Part shown: positions 36,104 to 49,738 of the stretch, piece after piece
How the letters are laid out: every line of letters begins with the position of its first letter
Position numbering within the stretch: position 1 is the stretch's first letter
NCBI GenBank assembly: GCA_023515725.1
Contig: JALDTO010000155.1
Coordinates: forward strand, 1,027,147 to 1,091,146
Direction: 5' to 3'
DNA length: 64,000 bases
Origin: Amoeboaphelidium protococcarum X5
Lineage: Eukaryota > Fungi > Aphelidiomycota
Made by a program: the position numbers and the translations under genes
The notes under the pieces: model-generated
What the model was told of the DNA's origin: nothing
The model's input: only the letters and a program-made list of their open reading frames with translations
Databases searched by the model: none

Positions 36104-39100
36104 ATGTCAACGATATCATTGAAGGTGCTGATTGCAGATCAAGGGACTACTAAAACTTTACAGGTATGTTTTATATATTCTACTACTTACCGTACAGAAT
36201 ATTTGTGATAATGTGTAGTTTGATGGTCGAATGACAATCTCTGAGGTTTGTAAAGATATCAAAGAAAGACTTGGAGATAAGACTTCAGGTGCTACTGATC
36301 ATGGTATTTATTACCCATTCTTAACAAAGTGGCTAGCTTCTAATAGAACACTGGATTTCTATGATCTCAAGTCTGGTGACAGTGTTGAGTATAAGAAGAA
36401 GCACAGACCGCTGCGTGTTAAACTAATGGATGAAACAATGAAGACTGTTCTGGTGGATGATTCGCAGACTGTGCAGGAAATGACAGAGGCCATCTGTAAG
36501 CGTATTGGAATTGCTAATTTTGATGAATATTCCCTTCAGTTGGACAATGCTGATGGTGTATAGACTTCAAGTGGCTCTGAGAAGACTTTGAAGAAGTCTA
36601 CGCGCGCAGGAGATGATAAGGAGAAAATGGCTAGTGGTGATCGTTGGCTTAGTCCGGAGAAGAGTCTGCCTGAGCAAGGTGTCGCTGAGGCTGATATTCT
36701 ATTGTTGAAGAAGAAGTTTTTCTTCAGTGATTAGAACATTGATCGCAATGATCCGATTTAGTTGAATCTGCTATTTGTTCAATCTAGAGATATGATTGTC
36801 AGTGGTTAGCATCCATGTAATATGGAAGAGGCATCTCAATTGGCTGCATTGTAATGTCAAGTTTAGTATGGAAATCATGAGCCGGATAAGCATAAGCCGG
36901 GCTTTATCAAGTTGAAAGAGTTTGTTCCTCCAGAGTACTAGAAGGATAAGAAGGATCTGGAGAAGAAGATTTATTAGGAACATCGAAAGTTGCAAGGCTT
37001 AAATGAGCTGAATGCCAAGTTTCGTTATGTCTAATTGTGTCGTAGTTTGAAGACTTATGGTGTCACCTTCTTCTTGGTCAAAGAGAAGGTTCCCGGTAAG
37101 AGCAAGATTGTTCCTCGTCTGCTTGGAGTCACTCGAGATAGTATCATGAGAATGGATGCCGAGACTAAAGAAATTGTTAAAATTTGGCCGCTTACTACTC
37201 TGCGTAGATGGGCTGCTGCATAGAACAGTTTCACTTTGGATTTTGGTGATTATGCCGACTCTTATTACTCTGTGCAGACTAATGAAGGTGAGAAAATCAG
37301 TCAATTGATTGCAGGTTATATTGATATCATTTTGAAAAAGCGTAAAGATGCAGAGAGAAATACTGCGGATGAGGATGAATAGGTTGCTATTGCGGAAGAT
37401 AATATTAAGGCTGTCAAGGGAACTGCGGTGAATATTGTTGGTAAGAAGGCAGGTAGAGCCGTGGAAGTTGATGTTGCGTCCGCAGGAATATCCGGCGAGG
37501 AAGGCAATCGTGTCGGAATGAAGCAAGGTGTGACGAAGCGTATGGTTGCTTAATCTGCCGCTTATGGTAGTGTCGAGTATTCAAATGCTATCGCTCAGCA
37601 ATCATTGATGTAGAGCATAAACAATGGTTTTGCTGCAGTGAGCTCCGCTAATTAGGATCTGAGCATGGCTACCTAACTTCCTCCTATTGGAAATGATTAG
37701 GCCTCACAGCAGTGGAAAATGCAAACCATGGAAGTCAATAGATAGACAGTAGCTACTCAAGTTGGGTCTCACCTGGCAGCTGCTGCTGCTATTGTTAATG
37801 TTACCGCGATTGACTTGGAGCAGGTGGATTTTGGTGCTGTAGGTGCTAATGTTTCGACACTGAGTCAAAATCTGAATCAAATGAGTGCCAGTATTAAGAT
37901 GTTAGCTGCGCTGAGTGATGGTGTTCAGGGCGACAAATTGTTGGAGTGTGCTCGCAATCTTGCTGCTGCTACCGGTAAGCTGTTGGGTTCTGTTCAGCCA
38001 ATGCTCGGCGGTGATGGAGATCCAAGTGTCCGGGCTGAGGTGTTGCGTCAAGGTTAGGAAATCTCTAAATAGGCTTTTAATCTTTTAAGTAAAATTGGTG
38101 AAGCAGAAGTTTCGCAATTTGTCTAATAATAGTTGGTCGATGCCGCTAAAGAAGTTGCAAAGGCGACGATTGCATTGGTCAGTCAAGGCAGTAAGCCTAT
38201 TGCCTAGGAGGCTCTTAATGATCCTCAATTTTAACAATTGCAACCTGAAATTGTGTACTTTTCTAAACAGGCCGGCATTGCTGCAGAGTCTTTGGTCACT
38301 TGCACAATGGTCGTGGCTCCGTCTATCTAATTTCCATAGTGTCAAGATTAGTTGTGGGAAGGCACTTTGATTGTTAAAGATGCTGTCAATGATTTGCATT
38401 CTGTGGTAGAACCTTTCAAAGCCAAGATTGGATATAATTCTAGAGCTAATGTTGAACTTATGAAGCATTCTTAGAAGGTGAATGAAGCTATTGCCAATTT
38501 GATTGAGAAGGCTAAGAATTTCAAGTTATTGGAAGGAGCCGAAGGGACTGATCCCGAATTCGATGCTATTTTTGATAAAGCTACAGGGGCTATTAACTAG
38601 CTATCAGCGACTAATGGAAACTCTGGAAATATCATTGACGCCGCAAAGAATTTGACTTTGGCCACTACTGGTTTAGTTAATTTGCTTAAGGCTAGAGGCC
38701 AAGATCCAGCTTTCGCGGACGATAAGGACAGTATGATTTAGGCCGCTAAGCGTCTAGCAGAGGCAACCACCAGAATGATTTAAGCTGCCAAAGATGCGGC
38801 AAAGAATCCGAATGATCAGGAGAAATAGAGATTGTTAAAGCTGGCTGTTGCTGATGTCGAAAAAGCTCTCCTTGCTGCTTCTGGCGATAACGCGAAGAAG
38901 AAAGCTTTGGGAACCCTTGCCGAGGCATCCAAGCGGTTTGCTGGTTCGGTCACTTAGCTCATCGGTGCTGCTAAGAAAGCTGGACCTTCTAACAGAAATC
39001 AAGCGTCGCAGATTCAGTTGAATACTGTCGGTAAGCAGACTGCAGACAATGTGTCTGATCTGATTTATGCTACCAAGGCTCACCTTAAAGCTGTGGATGA

Positions 39101-42100
39101 TACAGGTTTGCAGAGTAAATTGATTCAATCCGCCAAAGGTGTGGTGGGAATTGCCTCTAATTTTGTTGTGGCTGCTAAGTCTGTCGCATCTACGACGGGT
39201 GACATATCTGCATAGCAGTCTCTATCTGGAGCCATTAAATAGCATGAGACTGATTTGGAGAATCTGACTAACGCTATTGCTCTTGCTGAAGCTGCAATCA
39301 GTGGATCAGAATATGTGACTGGTATGAAAGCTATTAAAGCTGCACTGGAAGACATCATGAATGGATAGGAAAAACTTGCCAAAGGTCAGCTGCGCGCACC
39401 GCTTGGTCAGTCTTAGGAGACGGCGGCAACCGGAATATTGGATGCATTGAAGATCATTAATCCTGGTCTGTTGACTTTAGTTAATTCTGCCAATTAGAAC
39501 AATGAGTCTGCGTGTGGCTCTGCTGTTCTTGATACTACTAGCGCGTTCTAGAGTTGGGCATCTTACATCAAGACTCTGGCAGCATTGTCCATTGGTGATC
39601 CCGATGTACAGAGAGGTTTATTTGAAGCAGCTGCTGAGTTAGCTGGGGACTTGGAAAAAATGCTCAAGAATGCAAAGTTGATTTTCGATAAGAATATCAA
39701 TAAATCCCCATAAGAGATTGCTGAGTGTAATCGAGCTATTGCTGAGGGTTATCAGCATGCTACAGAGATTATTGCCACCGTGAACAGTGCTCTTCCTGGA
39801 TAGAGAGACATTGATCATGCACTGAATTTGATTGCTGCTTCTGTTGACTTGTTTGCCAACGGTCCTCCTGTCAAGGAGGCGGGAGAGACTTTTTAAAGTG
39901 CGCAGAATAAGCTCAATTCTGCAGCTGCAGCTCTGGCTCTTGCATGTAACTCTCTCGTGAATGCTAGCCGTAATGGAAATGTTGCTGATTTGAAGGGCAG
40001 TGCCAACTAATTTGAGGATGCTTTCAACAGAGTTGTTCTTGCAAGTAAAGCTTTGATTGCCACCACCAATGATCCTTAAGCACAGGCTAATGTTCAAAGT
40101 CTTTTTAATGAACTGGCGAATACTAGTTACAGCACTCTCTAGGCCTCTAAGCATTCTCAAATGGATAGCAACTAGCGTGGTCAGTTAGCAGAAGCTGCCA
40201 AGTTGATGGCTGACTCTATAAGCAAGCTGCTAGATACTTGTACTGCCACTGCTCCTGGTATACAAGAGTGTAATTAGGCTGACAAGTTACTGTTATAGGC
40301 TTTGGGACGTCTTGATTACTTGAGTGATCCATCTGTTGTTCAGCGCAGTGAGAATTATTACCAGTGTGTCAACTCTGTTGCAGACACTTATAAGGTGGTT
40401 GGCGCACAAGTATCAACTGCAAGCGCTGCCTTACGGTCGGGAGATGCTGTCAAGCTTGGTTAGGCTTTGCTCACAATTGCATAAGCTGTTGATAGTATGG
40501 CGTCGAAATAAGTACGTGCAGCCTACTTGGTAGCCACTGCCGACCCGTCTAGTGTTCCTGGAAAGCCCGGTGCTTTTGATGCTAGTCAGTTCACTTCCAA
40601 TGCTACCGAGATCAAGAATGCCTTGTCCCTGTTGATTAATCCTAATAGCAAGCAGTAAGATATTCTCGCAGCTGCCAGTGCAATTGCCAAGTGTACCGCT
40701 GCTTTATGTGCAAATTGTAAGAACATTCAGAGTAACTCGGCAGTTGCACCTGCCGCTAAAGCTCAATTTATCCAATACTCAAAGAACATTGCTACCTAGA
40801 CTGCTGCACTTGTTTAGAATATCAAATTGCTTGCATCATCTCAGTCTGATGCCAATAGGGCCAAGTGTGAAGCCTCAGCTGTTCCGCTTGTTGACTCTGT
40901 GGATGGTCTAGTGAATTATGCAGTGTCTCCAGAGTTTTCTCCAACGCCAGCATAAATCTCTCCAGTAGCTTTGTAGAAAGTATAGCCAATGTTGGAAGCT
41001 GGCAAAAGCACAGTTTCTGTTACTTAAGATGCTGTAGCGAATGCTAAATAGATTATCACCTCCTCTAATCTGGACATGTCCACCACGTAGATGTTCAACT
41101 CTTAAATAAAAGGCATAAACGAAAGCTTTCGTCAAGTGCTTACCGGTATTAAGTCTTCAGCTCCTGGTCAGAATGAGTGTGCCGAGGCGATTGAGTAGAT
41201 ATCTGCTTGTATTAGTGACATTGATAGCACTCTATTGCAAGTTGATGTCGGCAGTTTGTCTATGTAAGATAATAGCAACAGTTCTGCTCAAGGAGACTCT
41301 AGCGTGAAAGATTCTCTGGTTGACAATATCAAGGCTCTGGCTTCTCTTGTTGGAATGATTGCAATTGCTGCTAAAGGTTAGAACATTGGAGAAAATGCAG
41401 AGAATTTGCCATCCATTTAGTTGGGCAGCATTGTCTAGTAGTTCTCTTCAACATTTAAACCAACGTCTGATACAGCCATTGTCCTTGCTCAGACTGTCAT
41501 TGATAAGAACTATTAGCACAAGGTTTTGGATGGTGTAAAGTCTGTCGGCGAGTCGTCTTTGTACTACTTAACGGCATGTAAAGAGGCTGGCGGAGATACT
41601 TCAGCTACGTAGGCCCATCAAAAGCTAGAGCAATCTAAAATCTAGTTGGATAAGGATATTGCCGCGGTCATTGGTGACCTTGAGGGATCTGCTGAAGGTA
41701 CTTAGGAAGTATCTGAAATTACATCTGCTATTTAGAACCAACTCAATTCTATTGCTGAAGTTGAGAATCGATATAATGCTAATCAATTGGCTGGTCAAGG
41801 CTGGACTTTCCCACTTGTAGTGTAGGAGATTGCAAAGCAGGGTAAGTAGTTGGTAGATCTTACTGCGGACATAATAGGAAAGTCGGTAAAGCCTAATCCA
41901 GAGACTGTTATTGGCTTGACTGGATAGTTGTAGTAGTCGTTTGATGGAATATTGATGGGCGTGAGTATGGCATCGTCGTTGAACCAGGACTCCAAGGTGA
42001 AGGGTAATATCATGGATGCTGCTCGTATGCTAGGCAATGGAACTGTAAAGTTGGCCGAGTCATTGAAAGTGGCTTTAATCGCCTCCAAGAGTAGCGCCAA

Positions 42101-43937
42101 TGGAACCGTTGACAACATGACTCGTCAGAAGATTGCTAATGCTGCGAAGGAACTTTCTTCTGCTGTGGCAAAGTTGATTTTGGCATCCAAAGAAGGATCT
42201 CGTGGCCTCATGGCTTGCGAGCAAGTATTGCAGCAAATTTCGGATTTGATTACAGATCTTGAGTCTTCCATCATTTTTGCCGAAGCTGGTCAGTTAGATC
42301 CAACTAACAAGCAAGAAGTTTACGCCATGTACAAAGATGATTTGGAAAAGTATGCTCGAGATTTGGTGGAAATCAGCAAGTCGTTTGTTGCCGCCACGGC
42401 TAGTGCTAATCAAGATGATCTCGCTAACTCTGCTCAGAGTAGTTACTCTAATCTTCAGTCCTTGGTTGCTACTACGATCAAAGGCGCATCTGCAATTACA
42501 TCATCCGATCGCAATATGTAGGAGCAGTTACTTTCTTCTGCAAAGGCTGTCGCTGATAGATTGAGCCAATTGATCAATTCTGCTCTAGAGGCCTCTGCAA
42601 AGCCAATGTCTCTATCAGCAACTGGTACCGTGAGTGGTCAGGGTATGGAAATTATGAAAATGCGCGCTGATGCCAAGAATTTCGTAACATAGATTGGGGA
42701 CTATATTAAGCTGGTGAAATTGGTTGGGGACGAATCATCTCGCGGACTGAGAACCATCGAGACTGCGATCAGGGAAGTGCAAGAATGCACTAAATCCGTG
42801 GAATCTGGAACTGCGGCTCATGGTACGTCTACTCCTGAAGAAGTTGTTGGTTTATCCAGAATATTTGCTTAAACTTCAGCTTATCTGGTGTCTGCGTCTG
42901 GAAAGGCTAATATCAACAATCAAGATGATTTGATTAATAGTGTCCTGAATACCAAAAAGTGTCTGTTGGACTTGCTCAGATCTGGAGCTGCGGCTATCGA
43001 TAAGGCTCCAGATGACAAGAAGGTGAGAATGATTGGAGCTTTGAAATTGGTCTCTAATGCTGCCGTTAATCTATTTAACAAGACTCGAATCAATCTGGAA
43101 TCTGCCTCTAATGAAAGCAAAAGCGCCATTTAGGTGGCAGCCAAAGATATTGCCATCTCTGTTAATGGCATTGTGGAAGCTGCAGGAGAGCTGATTCCTG
43201 GTGGATATGTCGATCCGAATGATCCTAATGTCATTGCTGAGAGAGAACTTCTAGCTGCTGCAAGCTCTATCGAAAATGCAGCCAAGAAACTGGCAGCGCT
43301 CAAGCCTGCGGAGAGAAAGAATGTCGATGAGAATTTGCCGTTCGAAGAGTAAATTTTGGAAGCTGCTAAAGCCATTGCCGCTGCTACAGGAGCTCTGGTC
43401 CGCAGTGCAACTAATGCGCAGAGAGAAATTGTGGCCAAAGGAAAGTCAAGCAATGTCTCTAAAGACAAGATGTATTCACAAGATGGACAGTGGAGTGATG
43501 GTCTGGTCTCAGCTGCAAAGTCCGTCGCCGCAGCTACAGGAGATTTGTGTGAGACTGCCAATGCTGCCGTGAAGGGTCAGGTGCAAAGAGAGCGTGTGGT
43601 TGCCGCCAGTCGTGCTGTGTCTTCATCCACAGTGTAGTTGTTGACCTCAGCCTCGGTCAAGGCTGATCATAATTCCCAGGCTCAGATGAGACTCAAGGCC
43701 GCCGGAAAGAGTGTGTAGAATGCCACAGAGCAGTTGGTTAAGGCTGCCGAGTCTTCAATGGCGTTCGACGATTCCCTGAATGTGGATCAAATGAAAGAGA
43801 TGGGCGGTAATACCAGTGGTGCAATGCAGAGAGCCAAAGAGCTTGAAGCTCAGGCGAGAATTTTGCAGATGGAGAAGGAGCTGGAGATGGCGAGAAATCG
43901 CTTTGCTGGTATGAGAAAGGCCAAGTATGGTAAGTGA
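36104..43937 (+). CDS. TLN: Talin, full length (2592 aa); intron 36164-36218
   Basis: F0-FERM head (YKKKHRPLRVKLMD, KFFFSDQNIDRNDPIQLNLLFVQ, CRSLKTYGVTFFLVKEK, ISQLIAGYIDIILKK), helical-bundle rod, YVDPNDPNVIAERELL, and I/LWEQ C-terminus (FEEQILEAAKAIA, QWSDGLVSAAK). Confidence 0.97.
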
Positions 43938-44026
43938 TGATGATATCTGATGATGATGATGTAATGATGGTGGTATAAATATAAAGGGATTATATATACG
44001 GAGATTTTCACTTGCCTTAAGCACAT

Positions 44027-44974
44027 TCACAATTTACTCTTGACATATTCATTGTACACAGCTTTAAACTTGTCGTCAACTGATGGACCTAATGATGATT
44101 CTACATTAGAATTAAATCCATCATAGGCGGGTAACATTTTTCTATCATTACCAGGTCGGACAAGATCTTGTACAGCCAGCGTTATCCCACCATCAATTTT
44201 AAGCGTAATTCCAGTGACGAAAGAGCTACCTTTAGACAAGAGCCACGTAATACCGGACGCCACCTCAGTCTCCATCCCCAATCTACCAGCTGGGACTTGA
44301 TACTTGTACTTCTTCAAGACCAGATCCTGAACCTCTTTCGGGTAATTGGTCATAATTCCATTACCAAGAATGGTACCTGGAGCTACAGAATTAACGCGAA
44401 TACCATATTGGCCCCATTCAGAGGCAAGACTTTTAGTGAGATTCTCCACGCCAGCTCTCGCAGCTCCACTATGAGCCATAAATGGAAACCCATTCTATGA
44501 CGCAACAATTACATTCACAATCACTCCACCATTCTACTTCATACATTGATCAAATACAGCCTTAGTCACAGTCCACGTACCATTCAGATTAGTATCCACA
44601 ACAGCGCGCCATCCCTTGTCAGATATATCCGCGGCGGGACTTAGAAATTGGCCACCCGAATTATTGACCAAGTGAGTAATCTTACCATGGCGGGATACAA
44701 TTTCATTTACAGCGTTGCGAACAGATTCAGCAGATCTTATGTTCATTGAAATGAATGACGCCCTACTACCAGGATAAATGGAATTAATCTCATCACATGT
44801 CCTCTTCAGCACATCCTCACGCCTAGCTGCGACAACCACCCGCGCACCGAGACGTACCAGTTCATGACTCAACACCCGCCCAATTCCAGTACCGCCACCT
44901 GTAACCAACACCACTGCATCGTCAAAAAGCTAATCTCTAAATACAGAATCAAATTTCTTTAATTATGATGACAT
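44027..44974 (-). CDS. PECR: Peroxisomal trans-2-enoyl-CoA reductase-like SDR
   Basis: TGGGTGIG, NNSGGQF, MAHSGAARAGVENLTKSLA, C-terminal SKL (PTS1). An alternative in-frame upstream ATG exists near 45097. Confidence 0.88.
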
Positions 44975-45214
44975 TCCTGGACAACCTTGGTAAACTTGTT
45001 GAAGTAAGATCTTCAGTTTGGCTTAAACGGGAAGGAAAGTTGATGGAAAGATTGCTTCTGTTCCTCTTCTTCGTTTGAAGACGACGACAATTGTCATCAA
45101 CTTTGATAGTAATCACCATTTATTTAGGCTAGAGTCATTTTAATCTCTTATTGCCTGTTTAAATTGTATTTAATTAGAACCGATACATAAACATTTCAAG
45201 CTGGAAGATTAAAG

Positions 45215-47014
45215 ATGTTGGTGGTTGTATGCATTGCAATGATTCTTTTAGCAGAGTTGTGCTGTGGAAGTTCTCCCATTAAAGACACTCTGATCTCAAG
45301 GAGGGATATAATAACGATAACCGCCCAGATTTAACCTGTATTATCTGATGATCTGCTTTAAATGGATTTCTTTAGATATTTTAGAATTAATTTGAATGGT
45401 AAATGTCCATTTGATTTGAGCCAGCAATTGGAAATGTCTAATCATGACAAGTGTGGCAACTCAGACTGCAGTGTAAGTACTGAATTGGATGCCAAGACTG
45501 TGAAGAAATTATCAGATCTGGAAGCTAAAAGTTCGTTTATCAATTCCCCATTCAGGTAAAAGTGTGATTATACCAGGATGGATTTCTGCGAATTGGATGC
45601 CTCTATAGAGGTGGACGCTGCTGAAGACTTTGATTCATCTGGTATTGTTGTTAGTGGCAATCAGGGGAATGAATAGAGTTCTGTAGATGGTAAAATCAAT
45701 AGCAAAAATGGTGGCTCTAAATAGCAATAGCAGCAATTGTAATACATCGATCTAGTTTAGAATCCGGAGCGATTTACTGGGTATGGTGGGTTTGGCGCAA
45801 GAAGCATTTGGTCAGCAGTGTATGAATAGAATTGCTTCAAGTTTTTGTATGGCCAACAGTAGTAGTAGCAATTATAATAATAAAAGAAGAAGACTGGCAG
45901 TCTACCTCTGAATGCTCTACCAAGTAAGAATAGTGGACTGATGAATGCTAATAGCTTGTTAAAGCCGTACTCATCATAATAATCTGACCATTCACTGACG
46001 TATGAGATGGAGCAGGGACTTGAAGAGCTGTGTGTTGAGAAGCGAATGTTCTACCGCGTCATATCTGGTCTTCATGCCTCAATATCTACGCACCTGTGTT
46101 ATGAGTACTACTATCATAAGGTTAAGCACAATACTGAAGACGGCGGCGTGGAAGAGGTTGCTCAGTGGAAACCGAACAAGGCTTGTTTTATGGACAGAGT
46201 TGGAAATCATGAAGATCGCGTGAACAATCTGTATTATCTGCAAGCCATACTTCTATAGGCTCTGTATAAGATGAAGGCTACATTATAGAATTATCAGTTC
46301 TGTGGCTCTGATATTCATGAGGAAGTCAGGACCATGGCTATTCTGGACAAGATTTAGTCTGTTGTTATGAATAAAGGTCCTTTTATTGACTAGAGTGCCT
46401 TATTCAGAAAAGAGGGCCAATTCAAAGATTTAAAGGAGGAATTCAGATAGCATTTCATTAATATCTCACTCATTATGAACTGTGTCGGTTGTGAGAGGTG
46501 TCGCCTCTGGGGTAAAGTTTAGACTACCGGCATTGGGACTGCTTTGAAAGTTTTGTTCAGTTCAGATGGTAATGATGAATCTGTTCAAGATTATGAAAGT
46601 GCAGTACTTGGTCTTAGAAGGGAGGAGATCGTAGCATTTTTTAATACTCTTGCCAGGATTAGTGAGTCTATAGTTGCTGTTGAGCAGTTTATGGATCAAG
46701 AGAAACCAAGTACTAATAATAAAAAGTAAAAGTCTAGGAAGCCAGTGCTTTCAGATCCATCCACATACTATCACTATATACAGTTGTTGAAAGATGCCAT
46801 CAGACTGTTACGACATTACGTAGTCAAGTACGTTCCAGCAATGGTCAGTATTGACCCGTTAGTTTTTGAATCTGGTGTGGTTGGTTTTCTGGCTGTAATT
46901 TTGGGAATTTGTATACAATTTATATTTCTAATCGTGCAGAAATGTATCTCTTTAAATGGAAATTAAAAGACTTCTCGTCCATCTCATAAAATTAGAAGCA
47001 GTTAAAAGTAATGA
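45215..47014 (+). CDS. ERO1: ER oxidoreductin 1 with C-terminal transmembrane segment
   Basis: Signal peptide; FFRYFRINL..CPF, NPERFTGY, CVEKRMFYRVISGLHASIS, MNCVGCERCRLWGKVQ. Confidence 0.95.
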
Positions 47015-47145
47015 GTGTTAGTACGGTAATAAAAGATTAGATCTCGTTTAATCTTTAAGCTTAATGTTAGTTACTTTTGCACAATACTAAGATAATGAAA
47101 TCACAATGAACATACAACTTATTTACAGACTATGTAACAATGAAT

Positions 47146-48699
47146 TCAGAACATATTGAACCAGACATCAATGACAGCCTATTTGAGTCCTGCAATATCA
47201 TAATAATGACCCTTCTAGCCATAGATAATGCCATCACTAATGTCATCCGGCGTTTCGATATATTAACCCACATCAACCGTAATAGCGTCACCGAGCGGTT
47301 CAAGCGCCTTAATGTTATTGTCGCTAATGAAACCCAAATCACGTCCATACATAATCAAGCATATCTTTACCGCCATTAAATGCACAAGGATTTCCTCTCC
47401 TTGATTAGTGACCGCTTGTAAGCCTCGACACCTCTCATCTCGGTCAACATCCAGAGCCAGGAGATGCAACGCTTCAAACCCGTTTTTGGCATTATACGGT
47501 AATAGAGTAAACGGACTTATCGTAAAGTTACCAAAGACGTCTTCAATATCAATAGCGCCGTTAGCGTTAAGATCAGACATTGCCAGCATTTTATCGCCTC
47601 CTACCGCCCCACCATCTCGCCTATACACATCAGATTAATCGGTTGATATACCGACACCAGTTTTAGCCGTGACTTGGCCGTCTTTATTCATATCGAAAAC
47701 TAGAGGACAGCCACCACCCTTCCCGCGAAGTCTATCTCTACCATTAATCGTACGCCGTGGTGATGGAGGACGTGGTGACGGAGGAGAACGCGGAGATTGA
47801 GCAGGAGGCGATGGGCGTGGAGATCCAGGAGAAGGCGTTACAATAGCAAGACTCGTAGTAAATTTCATTGGGGTATGAGTAGAGGGCGAATGAGTCGCTG
47901 ATTACGTGTTAGCAGTCTTTGTCATCACACTAGAGGCCGTTAACGACTTTGTCTTTGTACTTTTCAAAGGTAATTTTGGAGTCTCGCTAGCTATACTCGA
48001 GGAAGAGGTAACGGTTGAGGCATCGGAAAAGGTAGAGGAAGACTGTGGACCGCCCTTGGTAACACTGCGCGTTGGAGTTTCATTTGTCATCCTAGAGGTA
48101 GAGGTGAGCAGGGGACCACTATAAGTTACACTGCTCGTGGATTGAACAGAGTTAGTACGAGCGGAGGAGGATAGCACTGATGAGATTGACGACGGTGGTA
48201 CATTGCGATAAGCTGACGAGGTGGGCTAATGAGGAGCCGTGTGAGATTGCGGAGTTTAGGTAGGATGGCCACTTGATAATGATGATGATGATGATGATAA
48301 GCGTACAGTTCCTTATGACATTGTAATCGGAGGAGATATCACTATGCTTTACGTAACTGTTAATTACTTCGATTGTTGAGAATGGGAAGGTTGAGGTAAT
48401 TTAGAGGTACCAGAGGGAGTGCAGAGATAAACAGAAGAAGTAGCATCAGTAACAGTGCGCGTCGTTACAGCAATGCTATCACTAATGCAGGAAGAGGTAG
48501 ACTTTGGATTACTAACAGAGATAGAAAGCACAGGAGTCGGTGTAATTGTTAGTGACGAACAGTCTAGACTACTGATAACACCACTTGAATGCTCAGTAAT
48601 TTGATTGTCTCTGAGACGGCACTTGAGCACAGCATCAGATCCAGGCAAGGCAAACGTCGCGCCGCACAAGATTAGCAGACTCTGTATCACGACGAGCAT
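47146..48699 (-). CDS. Secreted Ser/Thr/Pro-rich protein with C-terminal bacterial-like Ca-binding/RTX-associated domain (517 aa)
   Basis: Signal peptide MLVVIQSLLILCGATFA; mucin-like stalk; CPLVFDMNKDG..DKMLAMSDLNANGAIDIEDVFG..NGFEAL..DVWF. Four track ORFs join into one frame with TAR=Gln. Confidence 0.85.
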
Positions 48700-49279
48700 T
48701 GTGAAAGGTATAAACAAATACACTAGGTATATACGCGGCAGACATATGATGTTTGAGCGGTTGAACTAAGTAGAAAGATCAATTTTAAAACTGTTGGCTC
48801 CCCACTAGAGCAGATAGATTGAAGTCCCAACATCTAATCATGAGAGAGCCAATCAGAGCAACACTTAGCCACTCAAGACATCGACTTGGCCCTAATACTC
48901 ATTGGCCACAGCCTTTTATAGATTATCAATGCAACAACTAACCCAGAGGGAAATGTTACACGAAGAATGGTTTAATATTGGCCAGTTACCTCAAAAATAT
49001 GAGTCCAATAACGGAAATGGCATTGATGCAATCATCATATCAGATTTATACACACAATCAGAATAATTAGTGCCATATCAGCTAGGCTTGAACTTGATAG
49101 TCTTCGTCTTTATTGTTGATACATCTTCATGAAATTCAATCCTCTCTGTACTGACTACAGAAACTAGCTCGCTTTAACAAATCCTTTCGCTCTCTTGTAA
49201 CGCACGCCCTTCGTATTCCTTTATTCTCTTTAGCATTGAACTTCATTTTAAATACACACATATAGACATACACTTTAAG

Positions 49280-49569
49280 ATGCCTTGTAAGTTATTTCAC
49301 ACCTTCAAATATTCTAAAATTTTAGCACTACAATTTGTAATATAAATAATAATGTAGAAATGTAAATTAGTAATGAAGAGATGGACCGACTGTAGGTGCC
49401 TGTAGAGTACCGAGATTACTGTGCACATCACTTTGTGCAGTGGAGCAAATGTATGCGTTCTAATGTGCTACAGCGTGCCAAGTGTCATCACGAACTTCAT
49501 GACTGGGAAGGCTGTCAGTATCAATAATATAAACGTGCAATGAAAGAGCGTGACTAGAAGATTAATTGA
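49280..49569 (+). CDS. NDUFB7: NADH:ubiquinone oxidoreductase subunit B18; intron 49287-49357
   Basis: EEMDRLQVPVEYRDYCAH..KC..KCHHELHDWEGCQYQQYKRAMKE signature. Confidence 0.9.
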
Positions 49570-49738
49570 TTTTTATATATCTTTAATGATACCTATTTCT
49601 TCTCTTTATTAGCTCTTTTAGTTTTGTTCTCTCTGTCTCTCTCTCTCTCGCTTTTGTCTGACTCTGCTGTTATTTAAGAGGCACTTTTAACATTCCGTAC
49701 TATATATAGTATTCTATACAATAATTCATTGAGAAAGT

